DNA of 61,235 nucleotides, filler included, from Sphacelaria rigidula (Eukaryota): the NCBI GenBank assembly GCA_964200075.2. It is 9 parts of 9 records of this genome, joined end to end, with 100 filler letters (N's around TTAATTAATTAA, not from the genome) between each part and the next. Parts side by side here need not be neighbours in the genome. Positions count along the whole stretch, not along the records: positions 20,447 to 27,161 come from CAXNAA020018456.1; positions 27,262 to 33,976 come from CAXNAA020018457.1; positions 34,077 to 40,791 come from CAXNAA020018458.1; 6 more parts are not named here. One strand, given 5' to 3'. Shown one piece after another: positions 25,234-36,750 of this stretch. The position numbers and the translations under genes were made by a program. How positions within the stretch are numbered: position 1 is the first letter of the stretch; each line of letters starts with the position of its first letter. The notes beneath the pieces are model-generated. The model ran no database searches and had not been told where the DNA came from. It saw only the letters and a program-made list of their open reading frames with translations.

Positions 25234-25952
25234 TTAAGGGTATATATATATATGAGGGGGTGGTATCGCAGCGACCAATCATCTGTCGATTTTCCAAAAG
25301 GAGGTTTTATCGGAAAGGGAATAATCCCCTTCGATAAGTTTGTGTCTTATCGAGAACAAAAGAAGCGGGATTAAGACCAAGCGCCCATAAGCAGCATGTT
25401 GATTGGTCGCCGCAACCACAGACCCCCCCCCCCCCCGGCGATCAATCAACATCCTTCTTTTGGACGCTTTTTTCTTTTCCCGCGCCCTTCTTTAAATATC
25501 GGTAAGACACGACCGACCGGCAGAAGCAATACCATATACGCGTGGGAGAGATTCATCGTCCGTGCTGGAAAGGAGACTGCACCGGAGTCCGTCACTTACC
25601 CCACCAAGATAAATCGGCACCTGTCTGGCAACGCGCACTCCGCTTAGGGAAGACTTTGTACCCCCCTTGCCCGAGGGTTCTCGGCATGCCTTCACTGGGA
25701 TGAGGGTTCGGGTTAGGGTGAGAGTTGTTCGAAATCATAAACTTTAGAACGAGTTCTTCAACGAACCACGTAGTCAAAAGTAACCTTATGCCTTTCATTT
25801 ATTTATTTTTCCTCGAAGGAAGGAGGAAATCTGACTCGGAAGATATCCCCCCCCTAGGTGGTTCGTGTGCCGATGACCCCGAGGCTCGGCTAGACTGCCT
25901 TGCGGCAGTTATGTGGGTACACGCGCCGCCATGCTCCTATGAGCTCCGGCTC

Positions 25953-26297
25953 TTGTCTTTTTTGTCGCACGTTGAAGCCCTTTCCTTCCTCGGGACGATT
26001 CCTTGGTCTCATGGTCTCGAGGGAAAAGTCCATCTCTCCTCGGTACAGCACACGCATTGCATTTTGGCCTCGCGGGTTGGATCATGACTGTCAGCACTCC
26101 CGCACCGCGTCAACTCTCGTCAAACGAAGTCAGTCACATACCTTTTTTGTACAATACTCACGTGCTCGGTCTTTCGACGGTGGGAAATCAGATACCGTGT
26201 TTCGAAGAAGAAGCCCAGCGCATCGGGATTCAAACCCACGTTCTGTCCACACCCTCATGATCACAGTCGAATGATTTTAACTTACACCACCGGGGCG
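25953..26297 (-). mobile_element. tRNA-derived SINE, family A, full length
   Basis: Minus strand reads cgccccggtggtgtaa (A box)...gggtttgaatccc (B box)...gagaccaaggaatcgtcccgaggaagg...gtgcgacaaaaaa; colinear with 45945-46247. Confidence 0.8.
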
Positions 26298-26871
26298 CAG
26301 CGGTAAAAGTTCCGAGTTGTAGAAACTACGTTGAAGTATACATATATATGTTTCTTTTTGGGGTCGTTCTCCTTTTTTTTCGCTGCTTTTACATTTTTTT
26401 TCCTTATCTTTTTTTGTCCACGTCTTTTGGCCTGTGGGTTTTATTTGGATTTTTTTTGCCCTCTTGTTTCCTTTCCTTGAGAAGCGATCGTACAGTCTGT
26501 CTTCAAAATGTATCTATACTTATACATAAGCTGAATTATTTTTATACAACGCACTGCAACAAGTCAAGGCGTAACGCACGTCGTATTGCAAGCGAACTCC
26601 CGAGAGGTGTTGTTCGGACCAGTCATCCTCCAGCCTTGAACCGTCCCGATGATTCCATCTACGGGTTTAATCTGCACTGTTCTCACCCCGAGAGATGACT
26701 CTTGTCCTAATCAGCTGTTCGTCTACGGTCACTCAAAAGTGCCAAATTATTCCAGTTTACGCATTTATATATTTAATATATATTTTTATGCGGGCATTTT
26801 CAAAATATGTGCTTTGGTTTTGTTCATTGCTTGCCTGTGTGTACCCTGTGTGTGTTTGTTTCGGAACGCAG

Positions 26872-26967
26872 TCTTACGATCAACATCTGAATATGGTGTT
26901 GGGGGACGTGGAGGAAACGGTGACAACGGTCGAGGTGGATGAGGACACATACGAGGAGATCGTCAGG
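26872..26967 (+). CDS. LSM3: LSm3 exon 2 (final exon not in this contig)
   Basis: aacgcAG acceptor and AGG|GTGAGA donor. [32 protein letters not shown], in phase 0 with exon 1 across a 5372-bp intron. Confidence 0.95.
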
Positions 26968-27161
26968 GTGAGAATAATCTGCGTTATTTTCCAGTCCCAC
27001 CATTCCGAAACAACTTCCCTAACCGTAATACCGCGTTTACGGTGCATACTACTCATATCTACGTAGTTTAACACCCAATGAATCATTCCCCCCCCGCCTG
27101 GTACGGCGAGAACCCGGCGTGCTCCGTCCCGGCTTTGTAGGGGCGGACCCCCGATGGGGTT

Positions 27162-27261
27162 NNNNNNNNNNNNNNNNNNNNNNNNNNNNNNNNNNNNNNN
27201 NNNNNTTAATTAATTAANNNNNNNNNNNNNNNNNNNNNNNNNNNNNNNNNNNNNNNNNNNN
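27162..27261. other. Artificial 100-bp contig linker
   Basis: N44-TTAATTAATTAA-N44. Confidence 0.98.
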
Positions 27262-27868
27262 CACTTGATTTTAGAGTACATATCTTTCGGGACCATTCCG
27301 TTCTCTGAAGATCTGAAAATCCAGCATTTTTCCTCCACTTGATTTTTCAGAGTACACTTTTTCGCTGATTATAATATTCAGCCTCGTCGCTTGCATTTCG
27401 CTGGGCATTAGGGTGTGTCCCGCTTCTGCTCGGGTTCGGAGGACATACGCTTTCCGCGCTGTGTTCTCCATGGCAAATTGACGTTTCAATTCCTTTCGTT
27501 TGATGCATTTCCTCGCTGGACAGTGGACCATTTGACCGTCGAAGATGCCACCTCTCGACCGTACACAGGCCACATTCATCCGTGGAACCGGTATCGTTTT
27601 CACTTGAAAATTGAAGCGGCATCATGCTCAGTTGAATCGGAACTGTCCGGAACCGCAGTGTGCCATCGCTCTCCGTTCAATCTCGAGGCACGCCTGCAGC
27701 ATGTTGTGATCCTGCCTGCATGTCGCGTCGTCTCGACTTTACTCCTCTTTACTGTCTCTGGACTGCTGTTGTAGCTGTTGCTGCTGCTGCTCTACCGTAC
27801 ATGCGATTATTTTATCATGAGGCGCTAAAAACAACGGCTTCTATTTCGAATTTGAGTCGGCAGCCGGT

Positions 27869-28012
27869 CGCCCCGGCGGCTAAGTTTGTAACGTCGAAAC
27901 TCTCTGACGGCTGGGTTGTGGGTTCGAATCTCAGTGCAGTCACAAGGTCTGGGATTTCATTTCACACCATGATCAACACTGGAGAGCGACTATGTCGTGG
28001 GTAACAAAATTT
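27869..28012 (+). mobile_element. tRNA-derived SINE, family B, 5' fragment
   Basis: gccccggcggctaagtttgtaacg (A-box-like)...gtgggttcgaatctc (B box). No complete cloverleaf. Confidence 0.6.
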
Positions 28013-29728
28013 CAACAACCTGTGTGTTTTTGGTTGGCGGGAGCAATGAGATCCCCGCGTTCACCTCTGATCGTTTGTCTCGTTTGTCATGTGTCAAGCC
28101 TTTGCACGAGCCTCTGTCATCGGGACACCGATGTTCCTCTTCTGGCTAGAAACGAGTCAAACGTTTTCATTTTTGGAATCTGCATCATTTCCGCTCAAAA
28201 TTCGTGTCGGTACCATGATCGGTTGATAACCAGAAGAGGTATGAAACGGCAGCGTGCCGTCCTTCTCCATTGAAAGCTCGGGCGGGGTTGGCACGCCTCG
28301 AGCGCATTGTGATCTCGCATGTGTATCGCGCTGTCTCGACTTCACTTCATTTTTTTCCGTCTCTGGACTGCTGCTGTAGCTGCTGTTACTACTCCACAGT
28401 ACACGCGATTTATTTATCATGAGGCACTGAAAATAACGGTACCTACTGTTTTGATCGGAAATGAAATCGGCAGCAACTTCAGTGGGAAAAAATGTGCATG
28501 ACCCAACTGACTACCCTCGCCGTCTGGGGTGATGATACCGAATCCGGGAAAGACACGGCGAAAAGGCTAGCATAAATATATCCCCAGGAGCCTCAGCTGA
28601 TGAGCAGCTACGGCTTGAGCTGTATGTTTTGGCGTGTGGGGACAGTCAATGCCTCAGGCAAGGTCTCATCATTTTTCTGAGACTCGAGACAAGAAACAAA
28701 ACAAAACGAACAAAATACCTCCTACTCAAGGAGAGAGACGTCCAGAAAACGGAAGAGAAATAGCCCCCCCCGGGCTCATCGGAGTGAGGCAAAAACAAAC
28801 CCTCCAGCGGCACTCCTCTTCCGGATTTGAATCAGCATAGGCTCAACGGGTGCTGACCCTTTTTCTTTGTGGTGGACACGCGTCTCACACAAAAACCATC
28901 GTTCCCCATGGAATTCAGAAAAGGTTTGCGCAAGGCCTCGAACAACATGCTCAGCTCATGGGCTAGCTGCCACTGCTACGGCTTTGCCAAACTGTGCCAT
29001 GTACCATGACGCAACGCACATGAGTATCACCGGTGCCCCTGTATCATGGCTGTCGATCCAATGAGCGTGGCGGCGATAGCCGCCGAACCCCTTGTATTAT
29101 TACAATTTTGGAAACCCTTTTCCCTGTCGGCGAATGTTTACTAATGTAAATATCGAGCTGACTAAACCGCTCCGGAAACCTCTTTTTGCTCCCTCAGCGT
29201 GATGAGGTTTCCTGGCGTTGTGTGGAGAAGAAACCGCTATTCGAAACGGCCGAATCAGTCTGAAAATTACTCTACCAAAAGCTACGCTGTTTGGCAGCAA
29301 AAGACGGGTTTCCGAAACAACCTGTGAGTATCACCATTGTGGAAAACCTTCGTGGAGGCGTTTATTTGTCGGCGTGGCTTTGTCAGCATGAATCTCTCAT
29401 GGTTTTGACACTCCCGGCAGCTTTCAATGCTTCTATCGGCATTCTAGGTTTTGCATGTGTTGCGTCAAGAGGGGAGTTTCTCACAATGCGCACTTCACAA
29501 GATATCCAGGCCGACAAAGGTTGAACTGACGACAAAATGACTAATTCACGAAAGTCCATCACTACAATTAATAATACATTATCTATAGTTATTCATAATA
29601 TAATGACAGTCCTAACAACAGCGATGAAAATAATAAGTACAACAACACATGGCGTATGCTTGCTGCAAGTGGTACCGTACTCAAGGCAGTGAAGTTGTCT
29701 TCGACTACTGCACGCGCAGATTGAGTGT

Positions 29729-29862
29729 TCATGGTCTTGTACGTAACTCGATTTTTTTTGCTCTGTTTGCTTGCAATGCCGCCGATCTACTACTAGCCGA
29801 GAGGCGCCTCCGGCCATTATAGACCTGCTCGATCCCGCAGCTGCGGCCAGGCCTACCTTGGT
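29729..29862 (-). CDS. Putative terminal exon of an unknown protein (4-exon model)
   Basis: gtgttgtAG acceptor, phase 1. (N)QGRPGRSCGIEQVYNGRRRLSASSRSAALQANRAKKIELRTRP then TGA. Confidence 0.45.
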
Positions 29863-30319
29863 CTACAACACGTTTTTCAATGTATACCGCTCCTCATCTG
29901 AACCCACATCAATACCATCTGTATACGACCACAATACTTTGTACATCTCCATGTATATACATAGACCACGAAACGAATGTGAAGTCGGGCTATATGACAC
30001 GGAACAGACATAAAAATCATATGTAATGTACCGATTTACAGTACCGCTGAACCCGCCAAGGCCTACAGAGCTTGCTCACGACAAGTACGTATGTTGACGA
30101 GCTGGTCATGATGTGATGTTGTGAGACGAATGTACTGTACTAGTACATGATTTCGGAATACAGCACCATTCGTGTTGCTCACCGCATCACTTTTCCCTCG
30201 TATCCATCGAAAGAAATGAAACTGTTCCAATAATCCGCTATCGTTTGCTTACTTTCATGCGGTGCTCACTTGTTTCATGATGAGGAGAGAAATAGTATGC
30301 AAAAAGTTGTCCAACCTAC

Positions 30320-30393
30320 TAGATGCACACTGTGCCACGCCCCTGTTATCATACTGGTGCGCCAGCGCCCAGTTCGGGCGGCATTTGTGGTTC
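30320..30393 (-). CDS. Putative exon of the unknown protein
   Basis: cccccatcctatttttgtgcttAG acceptor and A|GTAGGT donor (alternative donor CAA|GTGAGC at 30269). NHKCRPNWALAHQYDNRGVAQCAS. Confidence 0.55.
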
Positions 30394-30976
30394 CTAAGCA
30401 CAAAAATAGGATGGGGGCTTAAATTGGTTCCCGCCGTCCAAAAACGGAATAACGGGGGCAAGCAACAACGCAATGCTCGAAGTGAGAGTAGACGCCAAGT
30501 GTCGGGGAGGAGACTGGCAGATTCCTCAAGAATATGGACCCGCACTGAGAAGGGGAGGGAGTGGGGTGCAAGTACGGCAAAAGCATTCAAGTAGGAAACA
30601 AATGCAAACGCTACGCTGACAAGAAAAACAGAAGTCGGGTGTGTAAATTGTTCACAAACAATCATCAGACAAAACAAGACAAAGCACTTCTGTCCGAAAC
30701 GCATACGTTGTGGGCTCCGGTAATTCCGATTCGTGCAAATGCACTCTTGTGAGGAGATAGGCTAACGACGACTCCGGCGTCCTGATCGTCGGGATTCTTT
30801 TTGCGAACTGTCACAGCTTTTCTTTAGTTTGCTGATGCCTCTGCTTGACTCGGCTCGACATCAGGATTTTCAGAGGATATTTGTCCCTACGGCATTGACA
30901 ACCTTCACTCCACAGCAATTTGTTTCAAAAACAATTGCGTGATGATTATATTTCTCCCCCTCCCCCGCTGCCGCAC

Positions 30977-31049
30977 CTGGTTCCAGGCCACGACATCCGT
31001 GTGCCACCTGCCGGTCCTTTCACCGGGAAATCCTGCTCCACCTCCACTG
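30977..31049 (-). CDS. Putative exon of the unknown protein
   Basis: aatttcgcAG acceptor and AG|GTGCGG donor; phase 1-2. AVEVEQDFPVKGPAGGTRMSWPGTR. Confidence 0.55.
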
Positions 31050-32048
31050 CTGCGAAATTTGGGGAAGTGCAAAACAAAAAGTACAGCCAGAATAGCATCA
31101 TCAGAATTACAACATTACGCTACAAATCGACAGTATAATACTGACATCAGCTCGATCCAGATTGAAACCTGAAAAACGAGTTACAGGGCTTTTGACCAGA
31201 ACGGGACCCGGTGTGACCGGTGAGCTCTTTACTCGTTCGATGTTGATCGGGGATCAAAACCCCATCCTGGGGGAAGACTGTGGTTTGGTTACGATATGGC
31301 TGGGTGCTGCCTAAACTGTGTGCTCGAAAATATGCAATAATAGACAGACAGAAGTATATCATCGATTGAGGTTACCAATCGCTGAAAATCTTGAATTTTC
31401 GCTTGTTGCGGAACATTAACGACAACAATGACTGGGAATAACATGAAGTACAAGTGTATATGCTGTCCTTAAGCGAAACTGGGATCGATTTCGATCGAAA
31501 GCGACATCTCAACATCACCATGACGCGCAGGAAGCCCGTTGACCCATGAGTTCGTAGCTTGTTCAAACTCACAGTGAAATAAAACTCAACACTCGGCAGA
31601 GCTGCACATACACGCACATCGAAGGTAACCAGAGTAAGTCGAGACACGGATGCGTGTGGGGGTATGTGGGGGGTAGTTGTCCGAAGAACCTTAGGGGGCG
31701 CGGGTATTTCTGTGGTCGATATCCTGGATATCAAGGAATACGCGGGTGTTCTCAGTAGCCAGTGCCCGACGTACCGTGTAGTACCAACTATTTTCGGCGG
31801 TCGACAACTTGTGTATCCTGAACTACTCTAGTGATAGTTTCGACGGTCGATACCCGGTGTACCCTGAAGAACTTGGCACTGCAGTACACCGGGTGTCCAG
31901 GTTACCTCCGAGTATGGTACCTGACCATGATTGTCTTTAATCAGACCCTAAGAGCTCGGGATGAAATCTGGGCCCTAGCACGACGCCTTGTCCCGACCCA
32001 GAGAAAACCGATGGAAAACCACAGCTCATTCATTTCGCCCCTGGATGC

Positions 32049-32230
32049 TTTTTCATTCCTGGCGCATTCTCAACCCATACCCTTCGTCGGGGTGAGTCCG
32101 TGGTCTCAAGAGATCAACTCATCTCTCCCCTAGTATGTGCCTACAATTTTGGTGCCGCGGATCGGATTCGAACCCCTGCACCAGGTCGAGTTTCGTACAT
32201 TTGTTGTCAACTTTCTACGCACGTCTTCAT
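32049..32230 (-). mobile_element. SINE family A, diverged 3' portion
   Basis: Minus strand: ggtgcaggggttcgaatccgatccgcggcacca...ggggagagatgagttgatctcttgagaccacggactcaccccgacgaaggg. Confidence 0.7.
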
Positions 32231-33385
32231 ATTTTCAAGGACGGAAAATGAGACACTCCCCAGAAAAACACATATACAGTTCAATACATCGGGGTCATCA
32301 CTATGACTCGATTTCGATTTTCGACTCACAAATGAAGAAAATGTGGCATTTCGCCGTGATAAAGTCGTTCCCGAAGGACCGCCTATCCGAATATCTTGAT
32401 TTTAGACGCAAGAAAAATGTATACGTGTCAAATTAGTTGTACTTCGGGTTTTCGTGTGATCGTGGACTTGTCAGATCGCAATCCGTCAAAAACAGTAGAA
32501 AACAGTAGAATTTGTAAGATACTTTCACTGCTACTCCTATTGTTTCATTCTTCTTCCGTTCCCCTCATTGCCTTTGCGAAATATTATTCGAAATTTTCAC
32601 ACAAGCATACTCGAACGCACAATATCGAGGTCGTGATCCTGGTGTAAGTTCGATTCAACGATTCTCATCTCGAGATACATGAAGTCCAAGAGAGGAGTTG
32701 AACTATTCCGAATGACTGTATGTTTCAAGGCTCACTCCGGTATTTATCTCACGCCGGATATACCGCAAAACCACAGTAAACGGTGAATGGAAATGGTACC
32801 TTGTCATGATCATCCGAAATTACCATCAGCATACAAACTATTGTCAAGCAAAGGGTATTCTCCCATTCCCATCCAGATCGTTACGGAGCAAAGTCACATT
32901 CTCCCATTCTCGTCCAAACTAGTGCCACGCAAATGCCGCTGGCATTCCTGTGCTGTCTCACAACCATCCGAACAAAGTACGCGTGAAAATGTTTCCGTAA
33001 ATTACTGCAGAGGACAGTAAAATGTACTGTCGAAATCAGTCAACATCGCGTTACTGCAGTATGCACGTGATACGAGCTGGGCCGGCCAAGGCTCCGTCGC
33101 CACAGGCAACAGGCCACGCGCGGCTCAATGTTTCGAATTTTGGGGTGACATTCTGACGCCGGAAATATCACACTCAGGCCGAACAATGTTACCGCTGTCT
33201 TTTATCTTGTGTGATTTTCGGGCTACTTTGTACTCCCTCAAAGCAAGCGAAAACAAACAAAGTAACTCGACGGCAGCGGTGACAGAGCAAATCGAACTGC
33301 GGCTTCTCTGGCGCCAAAGTTTCATTCCGAGATTCGAAAAGTTGAGCCGTGCATCGTCGTTTGAATGATTTCGCATAAAAAAAAA

Positions 33386-33589
33386 GCCCCGGTAGTGTAA
33401 CGGTGAGACTGTCACCATCAGGGTGAACGGAACGTCGGTTCGATTCTCGCCATATATGCTTTTTTTCGTGGAAATGTGTGATTCCCACCCTCGAAAGCGG
33501 GAGGACGTGAGGAGAAATGGGACTATCCCTTGAGACAACGGACTCCTCCCGAGGAAGGGCGGGGGTTTAGAGTATGACAAAAGAAAAAA
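33386..33589 (+). mobile_element. SINE family A, internally deleted copy
   Basis: gccccggtagtgtaacggt...cggttcgattctc...cccttgagacaacggactcctcccgaggaaggg...A-rich tail. Confidence 0.75.
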
Positions 33590-33721
33590 CAAGTCGTGCC
33601 TCCACAGAGTTACAAAAAATCGTCTCGTGCTGATGATATACTAGGTTGAATATAGCACGTGCCCAAATATTGGGCAGGGAGAAAGTGCCGGCGATTTTGC
33701 TTCGGTGCGACGATGAAATAC

Positions 33722-33832
33722 CTTGAAGATTGCGCAGCGTGAGGTTACCCACTGGGTAGGCCATATCCATATCCACGAGTCCCACACCCCCACCAGGTGC
33801 GTTGTACTTTGTGCACCTCACGTTGCAAGACC
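33722..33832 (-). CDS. Putative exon of the unknown protein (upstream exons outside the contig)
   Basis: ggcggccAG acceptor and G|GTATTT donor; 111 nt, phase 1-1, only one open frame: SCNVRCTKYNAPGGGVGLVDMDMAYPVGNLTLRNLQ. Confidence 0.55.
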
Positions 33833-33976
33833 CTGGCCGCCAAGACTCGTTTCAGAACAGTAAAGTACAGTACACCAATGTACCGTAGGTGAGGTAGGTA
33901 CCCGGTACCGGTATTTGGGACATCTCATACCCTACCGATACCGGTCCAACCGGGTACTTTCAAATGTCATACCGAC

Positions 33977-34076
33977 NNNNNNNNNNNNNNNNNNNNNNNN
34001 NNNNNNNNNNNNNNNNNNNNTTAATTAATTAANNNNNNNNNNNNNNNNNNNNNNNNNNNNNNNNNNNNNNNNNNNN
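33977..34076. other. Artificial 100-bp contig linker
   Basis: N44-TTAATTAATTAA-N44. Confidence 0.98.
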
Positions 34077-35623
34077 AAGGTTGTCCAATGGTTAAACGAC
34101 AAAAGAAAGCAAAAAATGAATCAGCCCCCCCCCCCCCCTATCGTAGGATGACTCATGGACATTCGTACAGCGATGATGGATTTCGGTTGGATTTCTATAG
34201 TGGATTAGCATCACGGATAGTTTACGATAATGCAAGATCATGCAGTCACACAAGATCTGAATACCCGCTTCAACCCCCACCCCAACCCCCCCGGGGGGTT
34301 CGGGGGACTAAATGAGGTTTGGCGGCACACGTCTACAACTGCGTGCTATGTAATGACCGAGCACGGGTTGAGACATTGCTTTTGTACGGGAGGGACAGGC
34401 GGACAAAGGAGGTGCCTGTGTGCTTTCATTTTTCCCACGTTGAACAAGGGCGTAGTTGTGCGTCAAGTGTCGCTTAACAGCTCAGATAGATATGGATGTC
34501 TATGATGAATGTCAGATTCACCATGCATTTCCAGAGGGGTACCCTAATCCATAGCATATCCCACGATAATAGGAGATCCTCAATGACTGACGAAAAATTA
34601 TTTTTTCTCAACTTCAAAGGGGGCGTATGTGCTTCTGGGACAAATGTTGCCATCCCTGCTATGTAGTGCATACTCGTAGTCAGGTATGGGCCAATTCGTG
34701 TCGTTGTGTTGTACATACAGTTTCACCGCGCTCTCCCTGCGGTGAAAGGCGGCATGGGGCTTCGTCTAAGACCGTCTGCGCCAATCGGATACTTGCGTGG
34801 TTGGCGCAGTACAGGTTGCTGCTGTGTGGCGTTCTTGATCACGAGAAAATACAGAAGCACTGAACAGCAGTAAGCACCTGCGTGCAACAGAAGCACTGCA
34901 GAAATTCTCCTTGTAGAAACTACCAAAAGAGCCCTTGTCCTCTGCTGCTACTACTTATGTTTCATCCGCCTCAGAGCAACGTTTGTCAAGGGCACCTTGC
35001 TTGTTCACCGTCGATGTGAGCATAAGTTTACTCAGCACGGTTATTCAAGTACCGCTCTGTTAGTCCATCCTAACCGTATGGCGAGCTGTTACTCTACAGG
35101 TACTCCTGAAATTCAAATTTCGAGTGTTTATTTTGTCCGTTCTCGGGCTGCTCTCAGCTCTCAGGGGATACTCTGTCTGGTCGGTGTTCTTGACCACATT
35201 TACCAGCACTAGTATGAAGGGGTGGTGTCAAGGAGCAGTGCTTCTGATGGCACATACTTGTGTGGTTTGTAAAGCATAGCGGTTGCTTGGTTCTACCACC
35301 TTGAAACGTCGGTGGTGGTCCTGCCACCTACGTGCATACAACACACGCAGCGACGACTTAACATTCGTGGGGAAGGCCGTGGGGTTACCCCGCGCCTACC
35401 GACTGTAGGTACCGCCGAACGGTTGCATGTCGGCTTCGGCAACGTGGATTAGGCCTCAGTGCGTTGAGCAAAAGCGTGCCTACAGCTGAAAGCTGTTCAT
35501 AATATACAACCATTCATGTAACTTACCGTGGCTGTCGGGTTGTGGAACGTTTGCCGATCTCGTGTTCTACTTTGCTCTTGCGAATGTTGGATCAAAACTT
35601 CATCACCCACAATGACCACTAGT

Positions 35624-36750
35624 ATCTGTTGAGGATCACTCTGTGATAATAACAAGGTAAAAGAAAGGACGTGTCAAGCACGAGGCCAGTGATACTTGAG
35701 GAGTCCCTCGTTGAGAGCCCTCTTGTCCAGATCGTCTTGCAGAGGCTATAATATCTAGATATTATTCTCGGCACTCTATTGTAGGCATTTGGCTGAGGAG
35801 AAGGGCCGCAGCTGGAAGCAGTTTGGCCCGCAGGCGGATCAAAGGCACAGCGGCGGAGGACGCTCCGTGGGCTAGAGGACGCACAAGTCAGGTAAAAGTC
35901 TCTCCCTGAAGTGTTTAAGTCCTCGCGACATGACTCAAGCGGCGGCAGCGCCGCTGATTTTGGGTGAGCCGCTAGACCTGCCAAAGTATGGCGAGGTGTG
36001 GACCAAGGAAGCACCACGCGTTTTTTACGCCAGGTATCTCGATTACGAAGAGCGTTTGTACCTTGGAAATGCACAATGAGTCGTAAGGCATGCAAGGGTG
36101 AGCATTGGACAACTCATCCCTACATACATGCATCGATGCTTTTAAGGCATGCACAAAGACCGTCGTGCTATGACCCCCGAGGATTTCCTAGATGCTATGA
36201 AGCAGCACGCCGGGTACACCACAACCGGCGACAAACATGATACTGCGCGGGCTGCAGTAGACCGGCGTAGAGTGCTTGTAATGTAGCAAAGCAGCGAAAC
36301 ATCCGTCAAGGATAGAGCGATGATGTTTAACTCATCGATGGAAAGGTTTTGCGCTGAAAATCTCACGGTGCGAGCCATATACCGTGCGGAGGACAGGAGC
36401 TGGTTGCCAGGCCCGGCCGGGTCGATTTCCACACTTTTGGTGGACGGGATTCCTCCTCATTGGCTCTCGCTTGTCTTGAACTCGCCTTAAGGGTGCTGTA
36501 GCCAAATGATCCCAAGCCGTAAGGTTCGAGTATAAACGCATGCATGATTGGAGCAGTGGCAGGGGACAGGGGATCCTGGATTAATGGCCCGTTTCTGTGT
36601 GGCCCCTTGCTGTCTGGCTTGTGATCTGTTGAGGATCACTTCGTCATAATAACAACTTAAAAGAAAGGACTTATCGAGCACGAGGCCAGTGGCACTTGAG
36701 GAGTCCTTCGTTGAAGATCCTCTCGTCCACATCGTCTGGCAGAGGCTATA
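35624..36750 (+). mobile_element. Probable LTR-retrotransposon (Ty3/Gypsy-like) gag relic between two 127-bp direct repeats
   Basis: Direct repeats at 35624-35750 and 36624-36750. Disrupted ORF from ATG 35930: MTQAAAAPLILGEPLDLPKYGEVWTKEAPRVFYARYLDYEERL...SIGQLIPTYMHRCF/MTPEDFLDAMKQHAGY...WLPGPAGSISTLLVDGIPP. Resemblance to stramenopile gag is from memory only. Confidence 0.45.

Noticed and set aside
27869..27945. tRNA gene (also the heads at 33386 and 45945)
   Set aside because: A/B boxes are present, but there is no acceptor or anticodon stem pairing, and they continue into shared SINE bodies.
32600..32650. TRTHNIEVVILV as LSM3 exon 3
   Set aside because: It is on a different contig and lacks the Sm2 LFVRGD motif.
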